Shown here one piece after another: positions 35,228 through 44,199 of a stretch of 64,000 nucleotides of DNA. The DNA lies in the NCBI GenBank assembly GCA_963792515.1, contig CAWBWG010000007.1, forward strand, positions 48,171-112,170, given 5' to 3'. This DNA comes from an uncultured Acidobacteriota bacterium (GTDB lineage Bacteria; Acidobacteriota; Terriglobia; Acidiferrales; UBA7541). The translations under genes and the position numbers were made by a program. The notes beneath the pieces are model-generated. The model did not search any database and was not told the origin of the DNA. It was given only the letters and a program-made list of their open reading frames with translations. The number at the start of each line of letters is the position of its first letter. The stretch's first letter is position 1.

Positions 35228-35932
35228 ATGAAAACCAAAATTCAAAGCTCCACTACGATCCGCGTCGCGGCCGGAATCCTGGCCACGTTATTTTTATTCA
35301 CGCTTGCGGCCTATGCCGGCCCACCACTCATCTGCCATCAATTCGAAATTGGCAACGCAAAATCGCTCCCATGGGTCAGCCATGACTGGAATCTCAGCGG
35401 CGGCGAAAATTACGACACGAAGAATCTGGTTCGCGACACACTTTCGATCCTGGATTCGAATGCTCCCGTCCTCGTCCGCATGGAAACGCTGCGCCGCGCC
35501 ACTCTCTACGCCCGCAAAGATCCGCAAGCCGCGAAGGAATTGCTCACCAAGTTGTACGCCCGCGCCACTGCCGCCGAATTCGCAGGACATTCCGACGCGT
35601 TAGCATGGTTTGATATTGGATATCTCACCGAAACGTACAGGCAATGGATCGGCAAGCAAGCGGACAATCCAGCCGCGGCTCTTGACGGCTACGCGTGGGT
35701 GCAGAAAGCCATCGCGTTGCGCGGCGAGGATCCGCAGATGGAATTCGCAGCCGCGCTGATCACCCTATCAGGTCCGCCGGATAAACATCGCCAGCACGTC
35801 GAAAAAGCCCTGGCCGGCGCGAAATCCGATCCGTTGCTCGGCCAAAATCTATCGGCTCGCTTCATCGGCAGCCAAAGCCCAACGATCGCAGAGCTGTTCG
35901 CGAGTAATCCGGCTGCCAAGAAGGCAAACTAG
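35228..35932 (+). CDS. hypothetical secreted protein (third gene of the ECF unit)
   Basis: 234 aa with signal-like IRVAAGILATLFLFTLAAYA. No domain recognised. Confidence 0.55.
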   Translation: MKTKIQSSTTIRVAAGILATLFLFTLAAYAGPPLICHQFEIGNAKSLPWVSHDWNLSGGENYDTKNLVRDTLSILDSNAPVLVRMETLRRATLYARKDPQAAKELLTKLYARATAAEFAGHSDALAWFDIGYLTETYRQWIGKQADNPAAALDGYAWVQKAIALRGEDPQMEFAAALITLSGPPDKHRQHVEKALAGAKSDPLLGQNLSARFIGSQSPTIAELFASNPAAKKAN

Positions 35933-35940
35933 CGACGCAA

Positions 35941-35978
35941 GAGGAGCCTGCCCAGGTGCTTTGCGGTCGGCTCCTTTT
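35941..35978 (+). terminator. possible intrinsic terminator
   Basis: AGGAGCC, a 20-nt loop, then GGCTCCTTTT, directly after the stop at 35932. The long loop makes it weak. Confidence 0.3.
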
Positions 35979-36108
35979 CCGTTCTGCCACTTCGTTTCCT
36001 CTTCGCCTCAGTCCGCCGCCGAGCGGCCTCCTTCGGCCATTCCTTGACCTCCGGCGAGGCAGACAGTAGACTGAATTTGAATCATCGACAATCCCGGAGA
36101 AGCCGGAA

Positions 36109-36390
36109 ATGCTGCTGCAGCGCGATTTCGTCGGTTACATGGCCAAGGAAGTAGTGAAGCGCCTGGTAGCCGGCGAGATGATCGAAACCAAGACGCCCGA
36201 CACCACCGCGCAATACGTGCGCAAAGCCATGGCCGATGAATTGGGCGTCGAAGATCGCTTGAACGAAGAAGTCCGCGAGATTCTGAATCAGCATTCCGAT
36301 GAAATGCGCCGCACCGGCGTCAGCTACCAGGACATGTACAAGAAAGTGAAAGGGGAATTGGCACGCCAGCGCAAGCTGATCCTGCGCTAG
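36109..36390 (+). CDS. DUF507 family protein
   Basis: MLLQRDFVGYMAKEVVKRLVAGEMIETKTPDTTAQYVRKAMADELGVEDRLNEEVREIL... Family call is from memory. Confidence 0.55.
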   Translation: MLLQRDFVGYMAKEVVKRLVAGEMIETKTPDTTAQYVRKAMADELGVEDRLNEEVREILNQHSDEMRRTGVSYQDMYKKVKGELARQRKLILR

Positions 36391-36423
36391 CGAAGCGTTA
36401 CTCGGCGCCTCGCGCGCCATACG

Positions 36424-36720
36424 ATGAGACTCAGTCGCGAAAAAACGGTCCGCGTTTCGCACAAGATTATTGATGTGCTGGTTTCGCTTGACGAAGTGGA
36501 TTTCATCGAGGACCGTGACACCATTCGCCTCGAAATTGTAAATATCCTCACCGCACTCCTAAAGGTAGAAGAGCAGGTAGACACAGAAGTCCGCACGAAA
36601 ATCACCTCTCAAAAGCGCGAAATCCTCGAAGGTAGCGAAGAGTGGGACGTCCTCTATCGCAAATACTACGCCGAAGGATTAAAGCGCATGGGCGTAGCCG
36701 AAGTGGTCGAACGCTCTTAA
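36424..36720 (+). CDS. DUF507 family protein (tandem paralogue)
   Basis: MRLSREKTVRVSHKIIDVLVSLDEVDFIEDRDTIRLEIVNILTALLKVEEQVDTEVRTKI.. Confidence 0.55.
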   Translation: MRLSREKTVRVSHKIIDVLVSLDEVDFIEDRDTIRLEIVNILTALLKVEEQVDTEVRTKITSQKREILEGSEEWDVLYRKYYAEGLKRMGVAEVVERS

Positions 36721-36793
36721 GTGCCGCCGGCGTCCCTGCCGGCGTCTTTGTGCCAATAAATCCACCCATCAACCACGTGCGCCAATCGGTTTC

Positions 36794-36963
36794 GTAGCGC
36801 TGGCGTCCCGCCGGCTCTGACGAAGACGATCCCGCCAACGGCAACACTCACGGACGGATCTTTCAACCGAATTCCATCAAGGTGTAGCTTCTGCGATCCG
36901 AGCACGATCGGATTCCTTCGCGGCAATCACGCCGGTAAGAGCCGGCGGGGACGCCAGCGGTAC
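36794..36963. repeat. REP doublet (REPIN-like), family 2
   Basis: GTAGCGCTGGCGTCCCGCCGGCTCT at 36794-36818, with an inverted partner GGTAAGAGCCGGCGGGGACGCCAGCGGTAC at 36934-36963. Confidence 0.75.
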
Positions 36964-36970
36964 GTTCCGC

Positions 36971-37007
36971 AAAATAAAAAGGGCGCCCGATTTTTCTGGG
37001 CGCCCTT
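36971..37007 (-). terminator. intrinsic terminator of the M48 protease gene
   Basis: On the minus strand: AAGGGCGCCC-agaaaaatc-GGGCGCCCTT followed by TTTTATTTT, 25 nt after the stop at 37032. Confidence 0.75.
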
Positions 37008-37031
37008 ACTCAAATTGATTGAGTTAAGTTT

Positions 37032-38243
37032 TTAATCCGGGCGGCGCTTCAGCACCGGCCGATCATCATCCGTCGAATCGCCGGTATTGTCCGTCGTGCT
37101 CCCAGTCCCCGTCGTAGTCGGCGGCGTCTGCTCGGTCTTCTTCCGCAGCGTAGGCTTGTCCTTAGCGCTCTTCTTCTCAGTAACTTTCTGTCCCGCCTCA
37201 ATGGCCGCCAAGCGCCTCTTCACCACATCAAACTCCGAAGTGGTAACAATGTACTCATCGCGCGAAGGCAACAACACCGCAATTTCCTTCTGCGTAGCTT
37301 CAATGCGGTCCGGCGTCGGCGGATGCGTCGAGAAAATCTTCGGGATCGTTCCGGGATGCTTCTTCTCGTCGGCCTCGACTTTTTCAAAGAAAGTCACGAA
37401 GGAATTCGGATCGTATCCAGCCTTGTACATATATTGCAGGCCCAGATAGTCGGCCTCGCGTTCGGCATCGCGATTGAATTTCAGGTAGGTCACCGGGATC
37501 AGGAAGTTCAGGCCCTCATACAATCCATATCCCGCCCAGCCGCCAGGCCCCAGCAAAATCAGCGGAATCGTGGCCATTTGCATGATGTTGGCCTTCGTCG
37601 CGTTGCGAGTGCCATGTCGCGCGCAGACATGCGCGATCTCATGCGCCATCACGCCGGCCATCTCCGATTCCTCGTCGGCCCGCAAAATGATGCCGCTATT
37701 CACGTAAAAAAATCCGCCAGGCAGCGCAAACGCATTCACTACATCCGAATCAATCACTTTGATCGAGAAGGGAACCTGCGCGTCCGAGTTGCGCACCAAA
37801 TTCTGCCCCACGCGGTTCACATATTCCGTCACCACGGGATCGGTGATGAATTTCGAGACGCGATCCACTTCCTGCGCCAGCTGCTTGCCCAGCGCAATCT
37901 CATGCTCCATGGAATAGAAGTCCGGCCCGTGCCCAACTTTGCGGTTGCCAATGGCGTTGACATCCGCCTCGCTACCGCCCTTCACTCCCGGTTTCGCGCC
38001 CGGCTCGGAAGGCACATCAGCCTGCGTCGAATCCGGCACGATATCAGGGGGTGGTTGTTGCTGCTGCGATTGTTGCTCGGCTGGCTGCGACTGTGGCGGT
38101 TGCGATTGCGGCGGAGGCTGCTGCTGGCTCTGCTGCTGCCCCGATTGCTGCTGTCCGGACTGCGACTGACCCTGCGCCAATGCCGGATAAACCAGCGCCG
38201 CCGTCAGCAGAAAAGCCCCAATTTGCCTGACCCATGGTTTCAT
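37032..38243 (-). CDS. M48 family zinc metalloprotease (BepA/Ste24-like) with a Gln/Pro-rich N-terminal low-complexity region
   Basis: ATG at 38243 preceded by GGAGG. Signal MKPWVRQIGAFLLTAALVYPALAQ. The HEXXH motif is in AGVMAHEIAHV. Confidence 0.85.
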   Translation of the reverse strand: MKPWVRQIGAFLLTAALVYPALAQGQSQSGQQQSGQQQSQQQPPPQSQPPQSQPAEQQSQQQQPPPDIVPDSTQADVPSEPGAKPGVKGGSEADVNAIGNRKVGHGPDFYSMEHEIALGKQLAQEVDRVSKFITDPVVTEYVNRVGQNLVRNSDAQVPFSIKVIDSDVVNAFALPGGFFYVNSGIILRADEESEMAGVMAHEIAHVCARHGTRNATKANIMQMATIPLILLGPGGWAGYGLYEGLNFLIPVTYLKFNRDAEREADYLGLQYMYKAGYDPNSFVTFFEKVEADEKKHPGTIPKIFSTHPPTPDRIEATQKEIAVLLPSRDEYIVTTSEFDVVKRRLAAIEAGQKVTEKKSAKDKPTLRKKTEQTPPTTTGTGSTTDNTGDSTDDDRPVLKRRPD

Positions 38244-38396
38244 GCGAACCTCCAGCAAGCCTTGACGGCAGTATACACCCGACCAGCCAACCGCACTGGA
38301 TACTTCGATGTCGGCGGGGCCTAAAAGGGTTTCTTTCGCTTGTGCGATTCCTCGGATGCTTATTGACGCACTGCTGGATTCTGTCTAAATTCGTTC

Positions 38397-38627
38397 GTGA
38401 CAACTATGGCGGTGCATAAAATTCAGGTCGGGCAAGTCTGGAAGCAGGACGGAAGCGGCGAAAACTTCCTGGTAACCAAGGTTTACAGCGAAGCGCTGAC
38501 TACTTTCGCTCTGCTGCGCAAAGCCGGCGCCGAAACCGAAGCCCCGCTGCGCGTCCGCGTCGAGCGCAATTCCCAAGGCCAAAAGATTCCCGGCTTCAGC
38601 TACGCCCAAGGCGGCGAAGACTTTTAG
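38397..38627 (+). CDS. hypothetical small protein
   Basis: 76-aa ORF (an alternative ATG is at 38406) with ordinary composition. Confidence 0.4.
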   Translation: MTTMAVHKIQVGQVWKQDGSGENFLVTKVYSEALTTFALLRKAGAETEAPLRVRVERNSQGQKIPGFSYAQGGEDF

Positions 38628-38651
38628 CACCGCACGCTGTCATCCCGTGCC

Positions 38652-38700
38652 TTCGTAGGGGCCGGGGTTTACGACCGGCCCGGTCTAGCTTTGGGTTTTC
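38652..38700 (+). repeat. 49-nt GTAG-headed REP, family 4, copy 1
   Basis: TTCGTAGGGGCCGGGGTTTACGACCGGCCCGGTCTAGCTTTGGGTTTTC. It differs from the copy at 51706-51754 at 3 positions. Confidence 0.85.
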
Positions 38701-38729
38701 CCGCAACCCAACCTGAACTATCAAATCCG

Positions 38730-39449
38730 TTAAACCGACCGCACCGGCATGCTCGCAATATCATCGATCGCCAAAATTTCCCGCGTCAAGAATGGCTCCG
38801 CGTATTTCACATCGATCATCCGCCCGTAATAGCTGGACATCACCGTCATGCGCGTTTCAAGCGCGTCGAGCGGGATGTAGACCTTCGAGCGCTTCTCCTT
38901 CGCCGATGGCGCGAATTGCGATTTGTAAGCCAGAATCGCCCGCCGCCGCCGGTCGAATTCCTTGGTGATATCCACGGCGAAATTCGGCTGCACGCTTTCC
39001 TCATAGGCCATCGAATAAATAATCTTGAACGGCCGAAACGCCTCGCCGCCGATCGGCATCTTCTTCAACCCAGCAAGGAAGCAGCCTTCATAGCCAAGGC
39101 GGCCGGCATTGTAATGATCGGGATGCCGCCCTTCCCAGTAGGGAAGAATCACCGTATGCGGCTGCAGCTCGCGGATCATGCGCGCCAATTCGAGCTTGTA
39201 TTCCTCATTCACCTCGAGGCGCGAATCCGGCAATCCCAGATTCTCGCGCACCTTCACGCCCATGATCTTCGCCGCCGCCGCGGCTTCCCGCGCACGAATC
39301 TCCGGCGTACCGCGCGAGCCCATTTCGCCGCGCGTCAAATCCAAAATCCCGGTGCGATAACCAAGCCCGGCCATCTTGATCAAAGTTCCGCCGCAGGTAA
39401 GCTCCACATCATCGGGGTGCGCCGCAATCGCCAGCACATCAAGTTTCAT
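38730..39449 (-). CDS. bshB1: PIG-L family deacetylase, bacillithiol biosynthesis BshB1-like
   Basis: ATG at 39449 preceded by GGAGG. MKLDVLAIAAHPDDVELTCGGTLIKMAGLGYRTGILDLTRGEMGSRGTPEIRAREAAAAAKIMGV.. Confidence 0.7.
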   Translation of the reverse strand: MKLDVLAIAAHPDDVELTCGGTLIKMAGLGYRTGILDLTRGEMGSRGTPEIRAREAAAAAKIMGVKVRENLGLPDSRLEVNEEYKLELARMIRELQPHTVILPYWEGRHPDHYNAGRLGYEGCFLAGLKKMPIGGEAFRPFKIIYSMAYEESVQPNFAVDITKEFDRRRRAILAYKSQFAPSAKEKRSKVYIPLDALETRMTVMSSYYGRMIDVKYAEPFLTREILAIDDIASMPVRSV

Positions 39450-39683
39450 AAGACCTCCGCAAGCGCAAAGATTGTAGAAGCCGCAAGCAGCACGGTCAAA
39501 CAGCCGCTGAAAGCGGCGAACAACGTAGGGCCCGCGCTTCATGGCGGGCCTCTTCATGCAAGATCAAACCACGAAGCACAATCGCCCCAAAAGAATTCGC
39601 GCGACGCCCTGAGCCGAGATTGACACCTCACGCCGCAATGCTAAGGTGAAATCGCAACGCGATCACATCCCGGAGCGAACTCA

Positions 39684-40421
39684 ATGCCCGAATCTTCACT
39701 CGCAGGCCAAGTAGCAGTAATTACCGGCGCCGCGAAACGCATTGGACGCAGCATCGCTCTGCGCCTGGCCGCCGAGGGCGCCGATATCGTAGTGAACTAC
39801 GACACGTCGAAAGCGGAAGCCGATGACGTAGTTGCCACGATAAGCGCGACAGGCCGGCGCGCGATCGCCATCCAAGCCGACGTCACGAAAAAAGCCGAGG
39901 TCGCCAAGCTTTTCAGCGCAATCGAGAAAAAATTCCCGCGCCTCGACATCCTAGTCAACAACGTCGGCACATTCTTCCACGCCGATTTCGAAACGCTCAC
40001 CGAAGAACAATGGGACCGCATCATGAACATCAATCTAAAATCCCAATTCCTATGCGCCCAAGCGGCCCTTCCGCTGCTACGCCGCAGTCCCAGCCCGCCG
40101 GCCCACATCATAAATCTGTCCTCACTCGGCGGCCTGCTCGCCTGGCCGGGCTACATACATTACTGCGTCTCAAAAGCAGGCGTAATTCACCTAACGCATT
40201 GTCTCGCTCGCGCGCTAGGACCGCAGATTCTGGTGAATAGCATCGCCCCAGGCACAATCCAATTCCCAGGTGAAGCCCGCGATGAGGATTACATTCGCCG
40301 CGTCCCAGTTCATCACACGGGAAAAGGCGACGACATAGCCGACGCGGTAGTGTATTTCGCAAAATCGAATTTCGTAACGGGACAAATCCTAGCGGTGGAT
40401 GGCGGCAGAGTGCTGGCGTAA
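39684..40421 (+). CDS. short-chain dehydrogenase/reductase (SDR)
   Basis: VITGAAKRIGRSIA (cofactor-binding motif), NNVG, and YCVSK (YxxxK). Confidence 0.85.
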   Translation: MPESSLAGQVAVITGAAKRIGRSIALRLAAEGADIVVNYDTSKAEADDVVATISATGRRAIAIQADVTKKAEVAKLFSAIEKKFPRLDILVNNVGTFFHADFETLTEEQWDRIMNINLKSQFLCAQAALPLLRRSPSPPAHIINLSSLGGLLAWPGYIHYCVSKAGVIHLTHCLARALGPQILVNSIAPGTIQFPGEARDEDYIRRVPVHHTGKGDDIADAVVYFAKSNFVTGQILAVDGGRVLA

Positions 40422-40442
40422 ATCGCAGCCGCGCAGCCTCAC

Positions 40443-40602
40443 GTAGCGCAGGCTGCCTGCCGGCGTTTTTGACTGTCCTCGGCAAAGCCTGGGCCGCTCA
40501 ATCGGCTCCGACTGCCGCCAATCCGTGCCGTTCCGAACACGAGCCAGGCATCGACGCATTCGCCATCGCCACACAAAAACGCCGGCAGGCTGCCTGCGCT
40601 AC
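40443..40602. repeat. about 160-nt REPIN/MITE-like element, family 1, copy 1
   Basis: Terminal inverted units GTAGCGCAGGCTGCCTGCCGGCGTTTTTG (40443-40471) and CAAAAACGCCGGCAGGCTGCCTGCGCTAC (40574-40602). The interior is about 75% similar by eye to the copy at 45019-45172. Confidence 0.75.
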
Positions 40603-40640
40603 AAATGCTTGCCGCTACCGCTTTTCATTTCGTAGCAGAA

Positions 40641-40670
40641 ATAAAAAAGGGGCGGCCAAATGGCCGCCCG
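40641..40670 (-). terminator. intrinsic terminator of the E1 beta gene
   Basis: On the minus strand: GGGCGGCC-attt-GGCCGCCCC followed by TTTTTTAT, 26 nt after the stop at 40696. Confidence 0.75.
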
Positions 40671-40695
40671 GAGAAATCCAATGCGGCGTTCCCGA

Positions 40696-41682
40696 TTAAT
40701 ACGCCGCTAGCTTTTCCATCCCCGCGACAATTTTCTCGGTGTTGACCTGCCAGGCTTTTTCCAGCGGCGGGCTGAACGGCATTGCCGGAATGTCGGGGCC
40801 GGTGATGCGCATTATGGGGCCGTCGAGATCATCGAAGGCTTCTTCGCCGACGATGGCGGCTAGTTCTGCGCCTATGCCCATAGTGCGCTTGTCTTCGTGA
40901 ACGATCAGGCATTTGCTGGTCTTCCGCACGCTCGTCAGAATCGTGTCCTTATCAAGCGGATTGAGCGTGCGCAAATCGATCACTTCGGTTTCCACGCCGT
41001 TCTTCGCCATCTGCTCGGCGGCTTCCATCGAAAGTTGCAGCATCGAGCCGTAAGTCAAAATCGTCATGTCGCGCCCTTCGCGGCGAATCGCAGCCTTGCC
41101 GAGAGGCACAATGTAATCATCATCGGGCACTTCGCCCTTGATCGAGCGATACAGCTTCTTGTGCTCGAAGTACAGCACCGGATTCGGATCGCGAATCGCG
41201 GCGAGCAGCAATCCCTTCGCGTCGTACGCCGTCGCCGGCATCACCACTTTCAATCCCGGCTCGTGCGTGAACCACGCGGCATTTTCCTGCGAGTGATAAA
41301 GCCCGCTGCCGGAACTGCCGCCGCAACAGATGCGCACAGTAATCGGCACCTTGAAAGCGCCATTGCTGCGGTAATGAATCTTCGCCGCCTGCTGAACAAT
41401 CGTATCCATCGCCGGCGTAATGAAATCCGCAAACTGAATTTCCGGCACCGGACGCAACCCGACCATCGCCGCCCCAAGCGCCGAGGCGATAATGTTGTTC
41501 TCCGCCAGCGGCGTATCGAGCACCCGCTCTTCGCCGTATTTTTCCCACAGCCCAGCGGTAGCCTTAAAAACGCCGCCCGACGGGCCGATATCCTCGCCCA
41601 TGATGAAGACGCGATCGTCGCGCTCCATTTCCTGATCGAGCGCTTCGGTGATTGCTTCAATATATGTAATCGTTCGTGACAT
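40696..41682 (-). CDS. 2-oxoacid (pyruvate/branched-chain/acetoin) dehydrogenase E1 component, beta subunit
   Basis: MSRTITYIEAITEALDQEMERDDRVFIMGEDIG..VLDTPLAENNIIASALGAAMVGLRPVPEIQFADF.., a transketolase-like fold pattern. Confidence 0.85.
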   Translation of the reverse strand: MSRTITYIEAITEALDQEMERDDRVFIMGEDIGPSGGVFKATAGLWEKYGEERVLDTPLAENNIIASALGAAMVGLRPVPEIQFADFITPAMDTIVQQAAKIHYRSNGAFKVPITVRICCGGSSGSGLYHSQENAAWFTHEPGLKVVMPATAYDAKGLLLAAIRDPNPVLYFEHKKLYRSIKGEVPDDDYIVPLGKAAIRREGRDMTILTYGSMLQLSMEAAEQMAKNGVETEVIDLRTLNPLDKDTILTSVRKTSKCLIVHEDKRTMGIGAELAAIVGEEAFDDLDGPIMRITGPDIPAMPFSPPLEKAWQVNTEKIVAGMEKLAAY

Positions 41683-41702
41683 TCTTCCTCGATTTCCTGC
41701 CG

Positions 41703-42712
41703 CTAGTCGGCCCAGACGAACTTGCCAATTTCCGACGCGTCGGGGAAAGGACTCTTCTCTGCAAACTCGACGGCTTCATCAATCTCGTGGTTGATTTCAG
41801 TCACGATCTGTTTTTCTTGGCTTCGGTCAGAACCTTCTTGTCCATCAAGTATTTTTCGAAGTTCGCCACCGGGCAGCGTTTCTTCCAGGCTTCCACTTCT
41901 TCCTTGGAGCGGTACTTGGCCGGATCGATTTCCGAGTGCCCGTACCAGCGATAGGTGCGGCACTCGAGCATGGTGGGGCCTTCGCCGGCGCGCGCTCGCG
42001 CGATGGCTTTGGTTGCAGCTTCATAGACGGCTAGGACGTCGTTTCCATCGATGCTGTAGCCGGGGAAGCCGTAAGCCTTGGCGCGATCCGAGAGGCGTTC
42101 CAGCGCCGTTTGCAGCCGCAGGGGCACGGATTCCGCCCAATAATTATTTTGGCAGACGTAAACGATCGGAAGCTTATGCACGCCCGCGAAATTCAGCGCC
42201 TCGTGGAAGCCGCCGATGCTGGTGGCGCCGTCGCCGAAGTACGATACGACGATGGAATCCTTCTTCAACCGCTTCAAGCCAAAAGCGACGCCCGTCCCGA
42301 CCGCCAACTGCCCGGCAATGCTGCTGGCCGGCGTTATCACATTCAGTTCGGGGTAACCCATATGCGCCGGCGAGGAACGCCCGCGATCCGGGCTGGTAGC
42401 CCGGGCAAAAAGCTGGGCATAGCAGTACTTCAAAGGCGCGCCCTTAATAATGTTCGAGGTCCAATCGCGGTGGGAGGGGGCGATCCAGTCGTCCTTGCGC
42501 AGGGTGTAGGCGGCGCCGACTTCGGTGGCTTCCTGCCCGGCGCCCGAATAGAAGTTTCCGCCGAACTTGCTCTGGCGAAAGAGGATGCGCGCTTTTTCGT
42601 CGCACATCCGGCACTTCTGCAGCATGGTATAAAGGCCGATCAGCAATTCATTCGAGTAGGCTGGTTTTTCCGTTTCGGGCTCAAGGACGGCCCGGCTACC
42701 TTTCGACGCCAT
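41703..42712 (-). pseudogene. 2-oxoacid dehydrogenase E1 component, alpha subunit (TPP-binding); frame broken in an A5 run near its 3' end
   Basis: ATG at 42712 preceded by AGGAG. ..VSYFGDGATSIGGFHEALNFAGVHKLPIVYVCQNNYWAES... The ORF stops at ..LTEAKKNRS, but one extra A in the run at 41811-41815 would give AKKKQIVTEINHEIDEAVEFAEKSPFPDASEIGKFVWAD (ORF 41703..41963). Span is 1010 nt = 3n+2. Confidence 0.8.
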
Positions 42713-43151
42713 CTTCAAAACTCCTGTCAAACGCGCGGGCTGAAAAAATTCTTCAAGAAGAATATAGCACGAATGCGAATCTCTGTGGAAATCGGCAGTT
42801 GAGATGGGCGGCTTCCGGCTGGGTTGCCGGTGGCCGCTGGGGGGCAAGGGTGATTTGAGGGGCATCGGAAGCGCCCTTTAATATCGTTTTAACGCGATTA
42901 GAAATGGGCTGCGGCGTTTGTTTTCATGGGGTTACGGTGATTTCTAATCATTTCGCACGCGATTAGAAATTGTGGTTTTGGCGGGTTGGCGGAGGCCTTT
43001 CAGCTCCATCTTTGCGCCGAATTGGGCGAGGATCGCCATGGCAGCCGCTTCGCTTGGCAGATTAATGACTTTCGTAAGCGAAGTCGATGGAACCGGACGC
43101 TTAACTACTATGATGTTATTTGAATCAACCGAGGCCCAAGGGCAAACGATC

Positions 43152-43475
43152 ATGGCGAAGAAACTTACGTCCAGCCGGAGGAATAAAGCACGTCGATTGG
43201 CGCAGAGGGCAGTCCAACGCGCGGCTCTGGCGGTCCCCGATGCGCAACCTTTGAGCGTCGCTGATTTGAAGCGCATGAAGCGGACGCCACAGGCAAAAAT
43301 TATTCGGCGGGCTTTGGGTCTGACGCAGGAGGAATTTGCCGCGCGGTATCATATTCCTCTAGGTACTCTACGGGATTGGGAACAAGGCCGTGCAATGCCC
43401 GACCGGCCCACGCAGGCCTATCTGACGGTGATTGCTCGCAGCCCGGAAGATGTGCAACACGCCCTGGAGCGATAA
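43152..43475 (+). CDS. XRE/MqsA-like helix-turn-helix protein (antitoxin-like, no toxin partner seen)
   Basis: ATG at 43152. ..RTPQAKIIRRALGLTQEEFAARYHIPLGTLRDWEQGRAMPDRPTQAYLTVIARSPEDV. Confidence 0.65.
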   Translation: MAKKLTSSRRNKARRLAQRAVQRAALAVPDAQPLSVADLKRMKRTPQAKIIRRALGLTQEEFAARYHIPLGTLRDWEQGRAMPDRPTQAYLTVIARSPEDVQHALER

Positions 43476-43494
43476 ACCGGCTGAGGCCAGCATC

Positions 43495-43523
43495 GTAGCG
43501 CTGGCGTCCCGCCGGCTCTTACC
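43495..43523 (+). repeat. REP unit, family 2 (single)
   Basis: GTAGCGCTGGCGTCCCGCCGGCTCTTACC. Confidence 0.7.
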
Positions 43524-43573
43524 AGCGAAACGGTCGGCGCACAGTAACAAACTCAAGCCGGAGTGTGAGTTGT

Positions 43574-43648
43574 TTCGTAGCGGCGCGCTTTAGCTTGGCA
43601 TCTTCTCTCGGCTCCATTGGATGCCACCCTGAAGGGCGCCGCTACGAA
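43574..43648. repeat. GTAG-headed inverted repeat pair, family 5
   Basis: TTCGTAGCGGCGC (43574-43586) and GCGCCGCTACGAA (43636-43648), a perfect 13-nt inverted repeat. Confidence 0.7.
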
Positions 43649-43753
43649 TTCGCTCTCGGCACAATGTAGTCCGCGCGCAGCCCCAGCACCTGGCGAATTT
43701 CGCAATTGGAAGAGCCGGTAATGACGCCATCGGCCCGGGTCGCGGGCTCGCTC

Positions 43754-44199
43754 TCAGCCTGTGGTTCGGCGCGCGAGCATCGCGACGAATTCTCGATCGG
43801 CGGGGAGGAAGTCCAGTGCCGGCCAATTCTGCCAGGCGCAATCCAGCGCATCTGCTCGAAAGCCAAATTGTGCATTTTGTTCCTGTCAGCGCGCGCGTCG
43901 AAGAAAATCAATTCAATTTCCCGCGCTAGCTCGGCGTAACGGTGACGGGTGCGGTAGATTTCCTCGCCAATGGTCGCGTCGACGCCCAGCTCTTCCTTTA
44001 ATTCGCGTGCCAGAGCGTCAGCCGGAGCTTCATTTTTGCGCGCCTTACCGCCGGGAAATTCCCACTTGAGCCCGAAGACATCGTTCTTGCGCCGCTGGCA
44101 GGCTAAAATGCGGCCGTCGGATTCGATCAGCGCGGCGACGACGATGAGAGCTTCAGTCGTGTGCGCCGCCGCGCGCGATTTCGCTCCGCGCGGCTTCAT
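43754..44199 (-). pseudogene. NUDIX hydrolase (MutT-like), frame broken near 43833-43840
   Basis: The NUDIX box is GGKARKNEAPADALARELKEELGV. After ..FEQMRWIAP the track ORF turns Arg/Ser-rich. A second frame reads WQNWPALDFLPADREFVAMLARRTTG to a stop at 43754. The start overlaps the upstream stop (ATGA at 44196-44199). Confidence 0.7.

Noticed and set aside
42866-43151. A toxin gene upstream of the MqsA/XRE-like antitoxin-type HTH gene
   Set aside because: No frame in this 285-nt spacer gives a recognisable RelE/HigB/MqsR/BrnT-like peptide. The in-frame upstream extension (42972..43151) has no motif.
12820-43840. CCTGG (Dcm-type CCWGG) next to several frameshift junctions as evidence for methylation-linked nanopore errors
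   Set aside because: It is present near only some junctions (about 12830, 43835, 7575, and near 5440). The pentamer is common in this GC-rich sequence, so I cannot claim enrichment without counting.
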